Positions 48,345 to 62,639 of a stretch of 64,000 nucleotides of DNA are shown here, in pieces. Positions within the stretch are counted from its first letter, which is position 1; each line of letters opens with the position of its first letter. Made by a program: the position numbers and the translations under genes. The notes beneath the pieces were generated by a model. It did not search any database. It was not told the DNA's origin and saw nothing but the letters and a program-made list of their open reading frames with translations. Source of the DNA: Euprymna scolopes (lineage: Eukaryota); the NCBI GenBank assembly GCA_053919585.1, contig CM132807.1, one strand, 5' to 3'.

Positions 48345-51300
48345 ACAGTATAATATACAAAAAATTATCATGAGTAAAAAAGTATAATATATCAAATGTT
48401 ATAATAAGTAAAAAAAGTATAATATACCAAAAGTTATAATAAGTGAAAAAATATAATACACAAAAAGTTATAAAAAGTGAAAAAGTATAATATACAAAAA
48501 GTTATAATAAGTAAAAAAAGTATAATATATCAAAAGTTATAATAAGTAAAAAAAGTATAATATACCAAAAGTTATAATAAGTGAAAAAGTATAATATATA
48601 AAAAGTTATTATAAGTAAAAAAAGTATAATATACCAAAAGTTATAATAAGTGAAAAAGTATAATATACAAAAAGTTATAATAAGTGAAAAAATATAATAT
48701 ACCAAAAGTTATAATTAGTGAAAAAGTATAATATGCAATAAGTTATAATAAGTGAAAAAGTATAATATATCTAAAGTTATAATAGGTAAAAAAGTATAAT
48801 ATACAAAAAGTTATAATAAGTGTAAAAAGTATAATATACAAAAAGTTATAATAAGTGAAAAGTATAATATACCAAAAGTTATAATAATTGAAAAAGTATA
48901 ATATACAAAAAGTTATAATAAGTAAAAATAGTATAATGTGCCACAAGTTATAATAAGTGAAAAAGTATAATATGCAAAAAGTTATAATCAGTAAAAGTAT
49001 AATCTACAAAAAGTTATAATAAGTGAAAAAGTATAATATAAAAAAGTTATAATAAGTAAAAAAGTATAATATACCAAAAGTTATAATAAGTGAAAAAGTA
49101 TAATGTACAAAAGTTATAATAAGTGAAAAAGTAAAATATACAAAAAGTTATAATAAGTGAAAAAGTATAATATACAAAAAGTTATAATAAGTGAAAAAGT
49201 ACAATATACAAAAAGTTATAATAAGTGAAAAAGTATAATATACAAAAAGTTATAATAAGTAAAAAAGTATAATATACAAAAAGTTATAATAATTAAAAAA
49301 GTATAATATACAAAAAGTTATAATAAGTAAAAAGTATAATATACAAAAATTTATAATAAGTAAAAAAATTATAATATACAAAAGTTATAATAAGTGAAAA
49401 AGTATAATATACTAAAAGTTATAATAAGTGAAAAAGTATAACATACAAAAAGTTATAATAAGTGAAAAAGTATAATATACAAAAAGTTATAATAAGTAAA
49501 AAAAGTATAATATACAAAAGTTATAATAAGTAAAAAAAGTATAATATACAAAAAGTTATAATAAGTGAAAAAGTATAATAAGCAAAAAGTTATAATAAGT
49601 AAAAAAGTACATTATACAAAAAGTTATAATAAGTGAAAAAGTATAATATACAAAAAGTTATAATAAGTAAAAAAAGTATAATATACAAAAAGTTATAATA
49701 AGTGAAAAAGTATAATATACAAAAAGTTATAATAAGTAAAAAAGTATAATATACAAAAAGTTATAATAAGTAAAAAGTATAATATACAAAAAGTTATAAT
49801 AAGTGAAAAAGTATAATATACAAAAAGTTATAATAAGTGAAAAGTATTATATACAAAAAGTTATAATAAGTGAAAAAGTATAACATACAAAAAGTTATAA
49901 TAAGTGAAAAAGTATAATATGCAAAAAGTTATAATAAGTAAGAAAAGTATAATATACAAAAAATTATAATAAGTAAAAAAAGTAAAATATACAAAAAGTT
50001 ATAATAAGTGAAAAAGTATAATAAACAAAAGGGTATAATAAGTAAAAAAGTACATTATACAAAAAGTTATAATAAGTGAAAAAGTATAATATACAACAAG
50101 TTATGATAAGTAAATTAGTATGATATAAAAAAAAGTTATAATAAGTGAAAAAGTATAATATACAAAAAGTTATAATAAGTAAAAAAAGTATAATATACAA
50201 AAAGTTATAATAAGTAAAAAAAGTATAATATACCAAAAGTTATAATAAATGAAAATGTATAATATACAAAAAGTTATAATAAGTGAAAAAGTATAATATA
50301 CAAAAAGATATAATTTGTGAAAAAGTATAATATACCAAAAGTTATAATGAATGAAAAAGTATAATATACAAAAAGTTATAATAAGTGAAAAAGTATAATA
50401 TACAAAAAGTTATAATTTGTGAAAAAGTATAATATACAAAAAGTTACATTAAGTGAAAAAGTATAATATACAAAAAGTTATAATAAGTAAAAAAGTATAA
50501 TATACAAAAAGTTATAATAGGTGAAAAAGTATAATATACAAAAGGTTATAATAAGTGAAAAAGTATAATATACAAAAAGATATAATAAGTGAAAAAGTAT
50601 AATATACAAAAAGTTATCATAAGTGAAAAAGTATAATATACCAAAAGTTATAATAAGTAAAAAAAGTAAAATATACAAAAAGTTATAATAAGTGAAAAAG
50701 TATAATATACAAACAATTATAATAAGTAAAAAAGTATAATATACAAAAAGATATAATAAGTGAAAAAGTATAATATACAAAAAGTTATAATAAGTAAAAA
50801 AAGTATAATATACATAAAGTTATAATAAGTAAAAAAGTATAATATATCAAAAGTTATAATAAGTGAAAAAGTATAATATACAAAAAGTTATAATAATTGA
50901 AAAAGTATAATGTACCTAAAATTATAATAAGTGAGAAAGTATAATATACAAAAAGTTATAAAAAGTGAAAAAGTACAATATACAAAAATTATAATAAGTA
51001 AAAAAGTATAATATACAAAAAGTTATAATAAGTGAAAAGTATAATATACAAAAAGTTATAATAAGTGAAAAAGTATAATATACAAAAAGTTATAATAAGT
51101 AAAAAAAGTATAATATACTAAAAGTTTTAATAAGTGAAAAAGTATAATATACAGAAAGTTATAATAAGTGAAAAAGTATAATATACAAAATTTATAATAA
51201 GTGAAAAAGTATAATATACAAAAAGTTATAATAAGTAAAACAAGTATAATATACAAAAAGTTATAATAAGTGAAAAAGTATAATATACAAAAAGTTATAA

Positions 51301-51995
51301 TAAGTAAAAAAGTATAATATACAAAAAGTTATAATAAGTGAAAAAGTATAATATATCAAAAGTTATAATAAGTAAAAAAGTATCATATACCAAAAGTTAT
51401 AATAAGTGAAAAAGTATAATATATCAAATGTTATAATTAGTAAAAAGAAGTATAATATACCAAAAGTTATAATAAGTTAAAAAGTATTATATAAAAAAAG
51501 TTATAATAAGTGAAAAAGTATAATATACAAAAAGTTATAATAAGTAAAAAAAGTATAATATAAAAAAGCTATAATAAGTAAAAAAGTATAATATACAAAA
51601 AGTTATAATAAGTGAAAAAGTATAATATACAAAAGGTTATAATAAGTGAAAAAGTATAATATATCAAAAGTTATAATAAGTAAAAAAAGTATAATATACC
51701 AAAAGTTATAATAAGTGAAAAAATATAATATATCAAAAGTTATCATAAGTAAAAAAGTATAATATACAAAAAGTTATAATAAGTGAAAAAGTATAATATA
51801 CAAAAAGTTATAATGAGTGAAAAATATAATATATCAAATGTTATAATAAGTAAAAAAAAGTATAATATACAAAAAGTTATAATAATTGAAAAAGTATAAT
51901 ATATCAAAAGTTATAAGTAAAAAAAGTATAATATGCCAAAAGTTATAATAAGTGAAAAAGTATAATATACAAAAATTTATAATAAGTGAAAAAGA
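48345..51995 (+). repeat. 34-bp satellite, roughly 105 copies
   Basis: Unit AAAAGTATAATATACAAAAAGTTATAATAAGTGA, made of two related halves. Confidence 0.98.
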
Positions 51996-53887
51996 TTATA
52001 AAAAATATCCGTTAGCATTTTACAAATGTTATCTTTCAAAAGACATGCTTTTAAGTTGATAAAGTATGTACATTATTTAAACCTATGAAACAAAAACAAA
52101 AAAAAACATGATCATTTTTGTCAGATTTATCTCGAAAAAGACAATATAAATATAATGAAAAAAATAGATAATTCTACAGGAGATTTTAATATAATTTCTT
52201 ACTATTTGTCCAAACGGAGCGTTAGTATAATTAAATTTCTGTTAACAATTTCATTTGAATGTTTGTTTTGCTTTTTGCAACTATTAATTAGTATAATGAA
52301 GCTAGACTGAAATCCAATGTTTCGAAACTAAAACTGAAATGTGAGTCGCTTATTAGAAGATATTTACAAACTCTTATATTTGCTAATGTAGCTTTAACGT
52401 CTTTTCTGATTGTTTTGTCTATTTTTAGTTACTATATCTCTTTTTATTTATTTATTATCGAAATACACTTATTTAAATATGTACTTGTATACGTTTGCGG
52501 ATGTATAGGGTATAAAGTCAAATAACAAAATAGTTTTTTTTTATATAAAAAAGCATATAGGAATGAACGTTTATTTGTTCATTTAATCATACACGAAATG
52601 AGTCTTCATAGTCTTCTCAGCTTAAGTTTAATATTTTCTGAATTCCTGTGAGAATAGAGAGGAATGTATTGACATCAAAATATGAAGACATTGATACAAG
52701 GGAAACATCTCAATACAAGCCATGAAAACATTTTTTTATGAAGAATAAACCAAGTAAACAAATTAACGACCGTCTATCTTATACTAATAAGGTTTTACTT
52801 GAAAATAGTAAATAAAATAGTTAAAGAAAGAACTCGTTAAGCAAATAACTTCTCATTTGTCAATTTTTAAAAGAAATAAGCAAATAGATCCGCCTTCTGT
52901 TTTACAAGTAAAAACGAGTTTGTACATTAATCGACTACACCATTATTTTCGTATTCATGTCATATGTATACGAATAGTTGTTAAATTGTACTTTTTGGCA
53001 TTTTTTCACGTGTCTTTTGTCCCTTGATTTCGTTATTTGTCGTCTTCTCTAGATTGCGTTTATTCTCAAACAAGCGATCCCGTTTCATCAAGTATCCCTT
53101 CGGTCTTTCTAAGTTGTAGACTACGAGTAAATATTAAAAGTATTTAAAATAAATCATATATGTATTGATAGAAAGTTTCATGTTAAATATAAGGAAAATA
53201 TGTGTTTTTATATGTACCTTTGTAACATACGTACATGCGAAGCCATGACGCCATCAATCACATCATAGCATGCATATACATTTCAAAAATTTTTTTAATA
53301 GATATTGGATTGTAAGGCATAGGTTATTACTGAATTATAAAATAATAAATATAATAAAAATCATAAAACGCTTTCTTGAGATTTGTTCAAGATTAAACGG
53401 TATTTGGATTGGACTATTACTTACTTACTATTGGAATAACAGGCTTTAGGTAAAATAACGTCTTAAAATCTTAAATCGACTCGCCAGTCAGTGCGTGTTG
53501 GGTGAATCTAAAAATTTTCTTAAAGTTATTTCTCTTATTAACTCGTGACGAAAATCTATCTGAACCTCATCTCAAATGGATTCCGGTTTATCATAGACGT
53601 TTTCGGCGATAAAAGACACTTTCTTCTTTTCTTTATATTCATGTTTATCGAGATATTTCCTTTTTTCTCTTCATCCTCTTTTACTAACTTTAAAATTTGA
53701 ATAGTTTTCTTCCGTGCAACTCCACGCTCATCAGCATGTAATAAAGAATGTTGTCAATGTATTCATACAAAAAGAGTGGCTTTGGATGATTTGGAAATTA
53801 TTTCACATTAAATGGCTTATCAATTTATTTTGTGGTATCAAGTTTTATGTGTCTTTGAAAGCGAATTCTGCTGTCTTTAATAAACAC

Positions 53888-55341
53888 GAATGTTTATAGC
53901 TTTTGAATGTTTAAAGCTTTTGAATTTTTATAGCTTTTTAATGTTTATAGTTTTTGAATGTTTATAGCTTTTGAATTTTTATAGCTTTTGAATGTTTATA
54001 GTTTTTGAATGTTTATAGCTTTTGAATGTTTATAGCTTTTGAATATTTATAGCTTTTTAATGTTTATAGTTTTTGACTGTTTATAGCTTTTGAATGTTTA
54101 TAGCTTTTGAATGTTTATAGCGTTTGAATGTTTATAGTTTTTGAATGTTTATAGCTTTTTAATGTTTATAGTTTTTGAATGTTTTTAGCTTTTGAATTTT
54201 TATAGCTTTTGAATGTTTATAGTTTTTGAATGTTTATAGTTTTTGAATGTTTATAGCTTTTGAATATTTATAGCTTTTGGGTGTTTATAGCTTTTGAATG
54301 TTTATAGCTTTTGAATATTTATAGCTTTTGAATGTTTATAGCTTTTGAATGTTTATAGCTTTTGAATATTTATAGCTTTTGAATGTTTATAGCTTTTGAA
54401 TGTTTATAGCTTTTAGCTGTTTATAGCTGTTGAATGTTTATAGCTTTTGAATATTTATAGCTTTTGAATGTTTATAGCTTTTGAATGTTTATAGCTTTTG
54501 AATATTTATAGCTTTTGAATGTTTATAGCTTTTGAATATTTATAGCTTTTGAATGTTTATAGCTTTTAGCTGTTTATAGCTGTTGAATATTTATAGCTTT
54601 TGAATATTTATAGCTTTTGAATGTTTATAGCTTTTGAATGTTTATAGCTTTTGAATATTTATAGCTTTTGAATATTTATAGCTTTTGAATGTTTATAGCT
54701 TTTAGCTGTTTATAGCTGTTGAATGTTTATAGCTTTGGAATGTTTATAACTTTGGAATGTTTATAGCTTTTGAATGTTTATAGCTTTTGAATGTGTATAG
54801 CTTTTGAATGTTTAGAGCTTTTAAATATTTATAGCTTTTAAATGTTTATAGCTTTTGAATATTTATAGCTTTTGAATATTTATCGCTTTTGAATATTTAT
54901 AGCTTTTGAATGTTTATAGTTTTTGAATATTTATAGCTTTTGAATATTTATAGCTTTTGGGTGTTTATAGCATTTGAATGTTTATAGCTTTTGAATATTT
55001 ATAGCTTTTGAATGTTTATAGCTTTTGAATGTTTATAGCTTTTGAATATTTATAGCTTTTGAATGTTTATAGCTTTTAGCTGTTTATAGCTGTTGAATGT
55101 TTATAGCTTTGGAATGTTTATAACTTTGGAATGTTTATAGCTTTTGAATGTTTATAGCTTTTGAATGTTTATAGCTTTTGAATGTGTATAGCTTTTGAAT
55201 GTTTAGAGCTTTTAAATATTTATAGCTTTTAAATGTTTATAGCTTTTGAATATTTATAGCTTTTGAATATTTATCGCTTTTGAATATTTATAGTGTTTAT
55301 AGCTTTTGAATGTTTATAGCTTTTGAATGTTTATAGCTTTG
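53888..55341 (+). repeat. 17-bp satellite, roughly 85 copies
   Basis: Unit GAATGTTTATAGCTTTT. Confidence 0.98.
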
Positions 55342-56719
55342 GAAAAGATCAGGAGGTTTTTTAACGAACTTGTCAACATTTAATTAGCAAAACTTTGGGA
55401 AAAAACTATACATAAAATCATCAATGTTATTTCCGTTTAGTCAGGCGATAAAGTCAGGCGATATTTGTTTTAATGAGAACTATAACAAAACAACTCCACA
55501 AAGACATTCATTCATTCTGTGGGAAATAAAGTTAGACAGATAATAAGAGTTCTTCGGCGAATTTTGATTATTGCATTTCTAGGTCTAACCATTTCATTTC
55601 TGCCACTCTGCACATTGTTTATCAGCTAATATTAAAACACACAGATTGAATTTTGCCATAATTCTGCAGTAACTATTTTATATGTGTTTTTAAAGGTCAT
55701 ATCATTATTAGTAGTATTAGTGTTATAATTATTATGATCAATAAATATAGTAATACTAATATGCATGAAGTAACCAGACCTCCACTGGATGGGTGTGAAG
55801 ATGACTAGGACATTGACTGTTATCCAAATTCCAGTGTAGAGTAAAGGTCGCCACCTATGAGAAATCAATGGTAAACTGCTTTTGCAATGGTGAAAAATAA
55901 TTTACAAGGGGTATCGAAATAGAAGGGCAATACTAGGGAGACGTGTTTTCGCCGAGAAACCATGGGTTGGTCTCAAAGGGAGTTCGTTGATGAAAATAAT
56001 AACATTATTATACGTACGTGAGAGCAATGAACATATTAGCTTTTACAGAGAGACTATATAATGTTATATATATATATATATATAACTATATATATATATA
56101 TATTAGTTACGTGCTTTCTCAGATTTTTATGCTGATGTTCCTGTTCAATCTGTTTAGAGTGCAATTTACCAAGGATGTTGCCGACTGAAGTAGAATAATT
56201 GTCTTCTTCCGTAAGGTTCAATTGCAACGGGTGTCTAATCTTGCGTACGAGACGGCATGATCGCCTTAGTTATCTAAATTTAACGAGAGAGACAGTTCTT
56301 CGTTCCAAGTCTTACGAATTTATTTCTAAACCATTTTTTATGTTTGGTTTATGTTTCTTTTTTTTATTTTTGCAAGATATGATATACAAGTTTATTTTTT
56401 TTTTGTAATTGGACAAATTATATGCATATAACATATGAATATGCGATAAATCTTTACAACAGATATTCATGCTAATGATAGAATGTAGACCATTGTTGTT
56501 CGAATTTAGGTTGTCATACTGAGAATGCTAATTTCTCAATATTATTGTTTAATCGTCTCAGTGCAGAAGTAATTGATTTACAAACGAGTCTTGTGTCCGT
56601 GACAAACTTAAATTGTTATAAATATTGGAACGATCAAATACTAACTCTAGCAAAGATTACATTATTCAATTTCCATTTGATGACATTTTTTTTTGTTTTT
56701 TTTTTTTTTTTTTGCAGAC

Positions 56720-57360
56720 CAACTACTAGTTGGCCAGTTGTGTACAAATGGCATGTTTTAAAATGACATAATGTTTAAAAAGTGAGAGCGGAGATGGGCC
56801 ACTGAACAGCTCATGCTCTCTACCAGTGAATTTTATGAAAAGAGAACGATTGCTAGCAATCTCCAATTAGATCGCCGGATTGCTACGCGTAATAAGAACG
56901 TGCCCCGGGCAATAAATATTTAGTATTCTGACCCGGTTATTGTCTTTTGTGTGGTTTTAAGTGAGGGCATCGTCATATCACATTTTCTCTTCGAAGTCCG
57001 CTTGGAAACATACACAAATATGTACCTAAATGTGCTGAAAAGTGTAGTGATCCACTGGTTCAATTAAGTGTCCGCTGGCAGACCCAGCCTGTGGCAACAG
57101 GACGCGGACCCGGTCATCATGTCGAAAGAGACCAAGGCTTGGCTTCAGAAGGTGTGCAACGACATTGTACCCTTATCACAACATAAACATGCTGGTGAAC
57201 TTCGTTTGGTCATACGTTGAGAACATCATCGACATGACCTCTCACCGCCATCCGCTGAGTATTTGCCGAGCTCCCATATGCGATTGTTGAAAAGTCATGT
57301 TTTTAGTTCGCACCCGTATTGAGGCGGTTATTGCGGCTAAAGACGGATATACTGAATAAA
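56720..57360 (+). mobile_element. maT/DD37D-like transposase remnant, second copy
   Basis: YLNVLKSVVIHWFN, WQQDADP..SKETKAWLQK, FVWSYVE and terminal RIEAVIAAKDGYTE*. Nucleotide similarity to 5665-5950. Confidence 0.75.
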
Positions 57361-58794
57361 TACATGCTCCAGTACATAACTACGGGAGCGATATCGCTGT
57401 AATTTTGTATAGAGTGGGTATTAATAAAGTACAGCAAACTAAAACGTTTAACACCTGTTCGATGCACACTTAAGCATAAGTACTGATAAGTCGTGATAGA
57501 ATCACAAATTCATGAACTTTATCTTGGAATGTTTTGAGCCGTTATTGATAAATATTTGTAAGGATTTTCGCAATAATCAACTGTAGCGATATAAATGTAA
57601 TTTTATTAGTTTTATACAGAGTAAGGGATTAATAAATATTAATATTGAGCAGTATTTAATTTAAAAGTAAACACACATTTTAGTAGATGCAAACATACCT
57701 CTGTTATTAAGCATTGCACTAAGCAATGATCTCTTATTAACGCCGTTTTNNNNNNNNNNNNNNNNNNNNNNNNNNNNNNNNNNNNNNNNNNNNNNNNNNN
57801 NNNNNNNNNNNNNNNNNNNNNNNNNNNNNNNNNNNNNNNNNNNNNNNNNNNNNNNNNNNNNNNNNNNNNNNNNNNNNNNNNNNNNNNNNNNNNNNNNNNN
57901 NNNNNNNNNNNNNNNATGTGACGAAAACCGGTGGGTCAACGTTATTATGCCTTAGTTAAGCAAGGAATCCGAATAGTAGCAACGATGGCCCACTATTTGG
58001 AAACATGGGATAATTTAAATTTTTTACATATATCTCGGCATTGTTTTCAGTTGTCCTGAAATTTCTACTTGCCATGGGAATTCTTACAATGTTCTTCAAG
58101 GGCACAGTTTTTGGTTGTGTCTTCGTGGTGCTGATCGATTCCTTATTCTTGCGAGAAAAAAGTGTCACTGCACAAAACTTGCGTGTTACATCCCACTCCG
58201 ATGATGAAATAATGAGGAGGTTGGCCGAATCGTGAATTTCGTAAAAGCCTATTAAATTTTAAAATAATTAATCACCCGTCACTGGAAAAGAGAACACACA
58301 CAGCTGATTATACAAATATTCGTTGTTTGTTTTTGTATGTTTAAGTATTTTATGACAGTTTGACAATTCTGATTGTCGCATGAAAATGTTCTCTGTGCGG
58401 TACGTTTAGAGATGTGAAAAAAAAAGTACTGCGTCTTCTGAGGGAATCTGGTCCTCATACAGACTGAAACATAGATCAAAATATTACTTATTTTTTCAGT
58501 TATATTTTCACTCAGAGTTTTCTATTAAAATAATATATAATCTTCTGTGTTCCTTTCCTTTCATTTATTTTCCACAAAGGAGAGGTACATAATGTGATTG
58601 TTGCAAAAATGAATATTAAACATCATATCATTCTTTCTAGCCATTCTTCTACTGCTTAGCGATTTGCATCAAACATTGTTTGGAATACACAACGTTTGCC
58701 GTAAATTAATTTCGTTTCGACTTTCTAAAGTTTAAATATGAAGCTTTGTTTTCGACAGAGTAAGGAATAAGTAGCCAATTAGGTTACTATCATG

Positions 58795-59040
58795 TTTTTT
58801 TTTTACTTATGTTCACCCCTTACAAAGCATATTGCCACTTGGACGTAAGGGGCTACTATTTGGAGCCATGTCTAGGAAAGATTATCCAGATTATTATTTA
58901 TGTTACATTTAAACTTCTGCATATCAATACAGCCAAAGAAGCAGGTAAGAGGAAGGGAATTCCAAAGTCTTGCTCTTCGATGGAAGAAACTATTAGAGTA
59001 GAGATTTTCTATCATTTAAGGGCATCAACAGTGTAGTTGT
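58795..59040 (-). mobile_element. 3' end of a CR1/L2-group LINE
   Basis: Minus strand SNSFFHR.ARLWNSLP...IDMQKFKCN and UTR TAGTAGCCCCTTAC..CAAGTGGCAAT, as at 40759-40790. Confidence 0.8.
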
Positions 59041-60954
59041 GAAATCTTATTGCTAAACGAGTTTGTCATATTTTTTCGTACTAATATTGTCTTTCTTTTG
59101 CAGATGTTTTAATCATTTTCTCATAGGTGTAACTTGTTATCTCATACATTATAATATTGGGATTAATCTGAAATTATTATCCTTCGGTTTGGGCAATTCT
59201 CTAAACCTCGTTTGCACTTCGTTCCCCAGATATTTTTTCAGGTATTTTTCCTCTTATAATTCCTGAAATGGTACATGTTTTCTGAATAGTCGAGTTTCTC
59301 TTTCTTGTCTCACATAAAATCTTGTTATTTCGTTCTCCTCTCTGAACACTGTTAAACCGCGCCTAATTACGAACAGGAACTTGTACTAAGACTGCTTATT
59401 ATTCCTCTTATATCTTTATGTCAGGTGTAATAGCTCTGTTTCCAGATGCGTCGCGATAAGGGTTGCATACTCAAAATATATAACGCAGCAATTATTGCCA
59501 AGTGTTCTCTTCTAAAACATAATCCGATGATTTACTACTATATTTGATATTTAAGTACTTTGTACAGAATATCGACTGGAGTTAATACAATATATTTTCA
59601 GAAAAGTCACCTGCGTTTGTCTTCAAGAAACCGGCATTGTATTTTCGTAAATTATTGCTGAACTTCTATAAAACTTTCCTTAGTTATATTAGTCCAATTA
59701 TCTTGCCGGTACTGGGTTTTTTTTTCTAAAATAACTGTAATTAGTCACGTAGCGACAGGCCATTATCCAATTGGAGGAATTTATCACATAGGTTTAATGA
59801 AGAAATATAACAGAAAAGTCAGTTGTACTTTTCTATTTTCAGAAAGTCATCATCGATGTGGCAACTGGATTGAAAATTGTTCTACCTTTCGTTTTCCTTG
59901 TTACGACTAACGGTAGAAAACCCGATGAGAGCTTTCTTACGTCAAGTTTTTTTTCTAGTCCATGTGTTATCGGAAACACACGCGGTCGACTTTTTATATC
60001 GATTCTGACAAATTAGTCTGATCGTATCTTTTGAGCGAGACTTATATACCTTTCAGAATGTTTGCCGTTTTATTTTGTTTTTCTCTTTTATTCATTTGTT
60101 AGACGAAATCAGACACAATAATATGCGTATGTTTTCCTACTTAATGAAAAACTAATCCGTTTCTTTTTTACGGTTTATCATAAACACATATAAAATGCTG
60201 TTTTTATGTTTTATTCTTAAACAAGTGATCATTTATTCTTAATTGTAAAGGTTCAACGAAAGTCTTCATTCTTTATGGTAGACATCAACGAAACACATAT
60301 TTTAGCGTTAATTCTACAAACTAAACAAAGCCATTTTAACCATAATATTAAGAGAGAGGAAAATGCTAATTTGGGGGCGATATTCCAACTATGGAAACCG
60401 CAGCTTTCTCAACCCTTATCATGAAGACAATAGAACGTTTAAATTCAGCATTAGTTCTAGGGATAAAATATGATGCTTTTTCGACTTTATAAAGAATAAC
60501 AAAAATAGCATTAATTCAAAAGAACGGAACGGATTCTCCTGCATGCTTAATCGTCAATATCAAGGAGCATGCTGTTTATAGCTTTACTTCTAAAACTAAA
60601 AACTAAATGCGGTTAATGCCTTCATCTTAAAATTAAACTGAAATTGTTTTTTAATGTGCATACTTAGAAATTTTACAGTAATCTTTCAGATATCAGAGAA
60701 AAATAAGTTAAAATGGGTTACATGTCATGAGAAGGTTGGAGATCGGAGAGACTGTTTTAATATTAACTTCGGCCACATTATCACATTCTACGCTCTAGTT
60801 TTTACATTTTGCTGTACAAAACTGGTTTGCAAATGTGATAACAATCCATTATTTAAGAAAATTAATTTATTTCAGAGGTCTAAAGGTTTGGATGATGGAT
60901 ATACTTCTAAGGAACACTCATGATTCTTCCCTTTAGTGGCGTTCTAATGCACTC

Positions 60955-61084
60955 GTTTATAGTATAATTTAGTATAGTTTGTAGTATAATTTAGTATAGT
61001 TTATAGTATAATTTAGTATAGTTTAGTATAGTTTATGGTATAATTTAGTATAGTTTAGTATAGTTTATAGTATAGTTTAGTATA
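60955..61084 (+). repeat. TAGTATA(A/G)TT-based minisatellite
   Basis: Direct reading; 10-12 bp units. Confidence 0.9.
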
Positions 61085-61911
61085 CTTGTGTTATTTGATT
61101 CCTGATAGAGTTGTGGTCGCGATTTAGAAATATTTACCAATCTTTACTCTAGACCGATATCTAATCTATCTTTTAACTGCGATGGAGACTTTTCCACACA
61201 TCCTTTATTTTGAAAAATAAATATGCTGGTTTTAATCTAAAATAGTATATAAAATTATATTGAAATCGTAATCGTTCAATTAATATGCGATTTGAAACAT
61301 AAACCTGGCGAGCATACGACTTCCTCTAATAAATTGGCATATCCATTGATAAAAAAAACTGTTATTTGAAACTTCATCCTGGATACAGGATGTTCGACAA
61401 TGTCAACCGCTGATAATGACATAGAGACGTATTTTAAAGCAGTAGTAGTAGATTACACCCGCCCATTGATAAAACGAACAATATATTTAATTTAATGATT
61501 TGCTTGTCTTGATTCATTAATAGGAAAAACACGAAGTTTAATTAAAAACTAAATTTAAACATTTAAATTAATGCAGTAAATTAAATTAACAAGACATGCA
61601 AGCTATCACTGTTTAATTACTGTAAGAAAAACATTCAATTAATTTCCTGTTTGTCGTTAAGTTATTCTCAGATTAGAAATAATATACTTTTTATCAAAAT
61701 TAAAGCACGGAAAATGTAATTATTATGACAATAACTTGAGGTTTAAATTTAGTTCATGTTCATGAATACAGAAGCAAACATTGGCCAGATGATCAGTTGC
61801 TATCAAATGCAATGTAATATCCTTACGTGTGGCCAGGTTATATCACATGAAACTGATCGAATAATTTCAAAGCAATCTAGAATATAAACTTCACCTGTCT
61901 TCTTTAATGTA

Positions 61912-62319
61912 TCTATATAAGTATGTACGTATGTGTGTATGTATGTCTGCGTAAAACTTTCGACAGATGCGACGGATTCTCAGGAGATTTGTTTCGTTTT
62001 CAAGCGCGACCACTCGGACGACAATTATCCAAAAATTGCCTAAAATATTAATTGCTTCACCCGAAACTAGGCACTTATCTACAGGGAGGAGTCGTTTTTT
62101 GCAGAAACTTTCTAATAATCACCCTCTCTTTTCGATCGATTGGCCTTAATTTAAACCTACGTGACTTCCGGTTTTGCGATGGAAGCGACGGCAAAGGCGT
62201 CACTTTTTTTCACGTTCTTTTCCTCCTTCGCGCTACGGGTTCGAACCTGCCTTCTACAAGTTTTTTTCTGCTTAACACACATCTCAAAACACCTGGAAAA
62301 CGCCGAATACCCGGGCTAG
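61912..62319 (+). mobile_element. Complete non-autonomous Helitron-like element
   Basis: A|TC start, GTAT tract, degenerate subterminal hairpin ACCTGGAAAACGCCGAAT, and CTAG|T end. Confidence 0.8.
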
Positions 62320-62639
62320 TCTTTTATAAAGCAACGTGTGAGAAAATGAACGTATGAAATAATTATTGAATTTCTTATTAGATATTCATTAATTTGAAAC
62401 ATGATGAAGACGACGTAAATGGGGTACGAACAAATTATCTGTAATATTTTATAAGTATTATGTAAAGGTCTTTTATTCTATACGTTATTTATAATGCCGA
62501 TGAATTGTTTGTATATGATAGACTTTGTATCCATAAATAGAATTTGGTTGAGAAGGAAAATTTCGCGCAATTTTTATTTTTGATTTCAAATGATGTACTT
62601 TCAAATAGGATTTCGTTATAATACCTTTACTTTTTTTGT

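Noticed and set aside
48502-51256. Hydrophobic Y/F/I/L-rich ORFs on the minus strand
   Set aside because: They are translations of the 34-bp satellite.
59590-61215. Cluster of TTTCAG acceptor-like sites suggesting small exons
   Set aside because: Candidate exons have weak donors and stops, and no coherent spliced protein could be assembled. RNA-seq would be needed.
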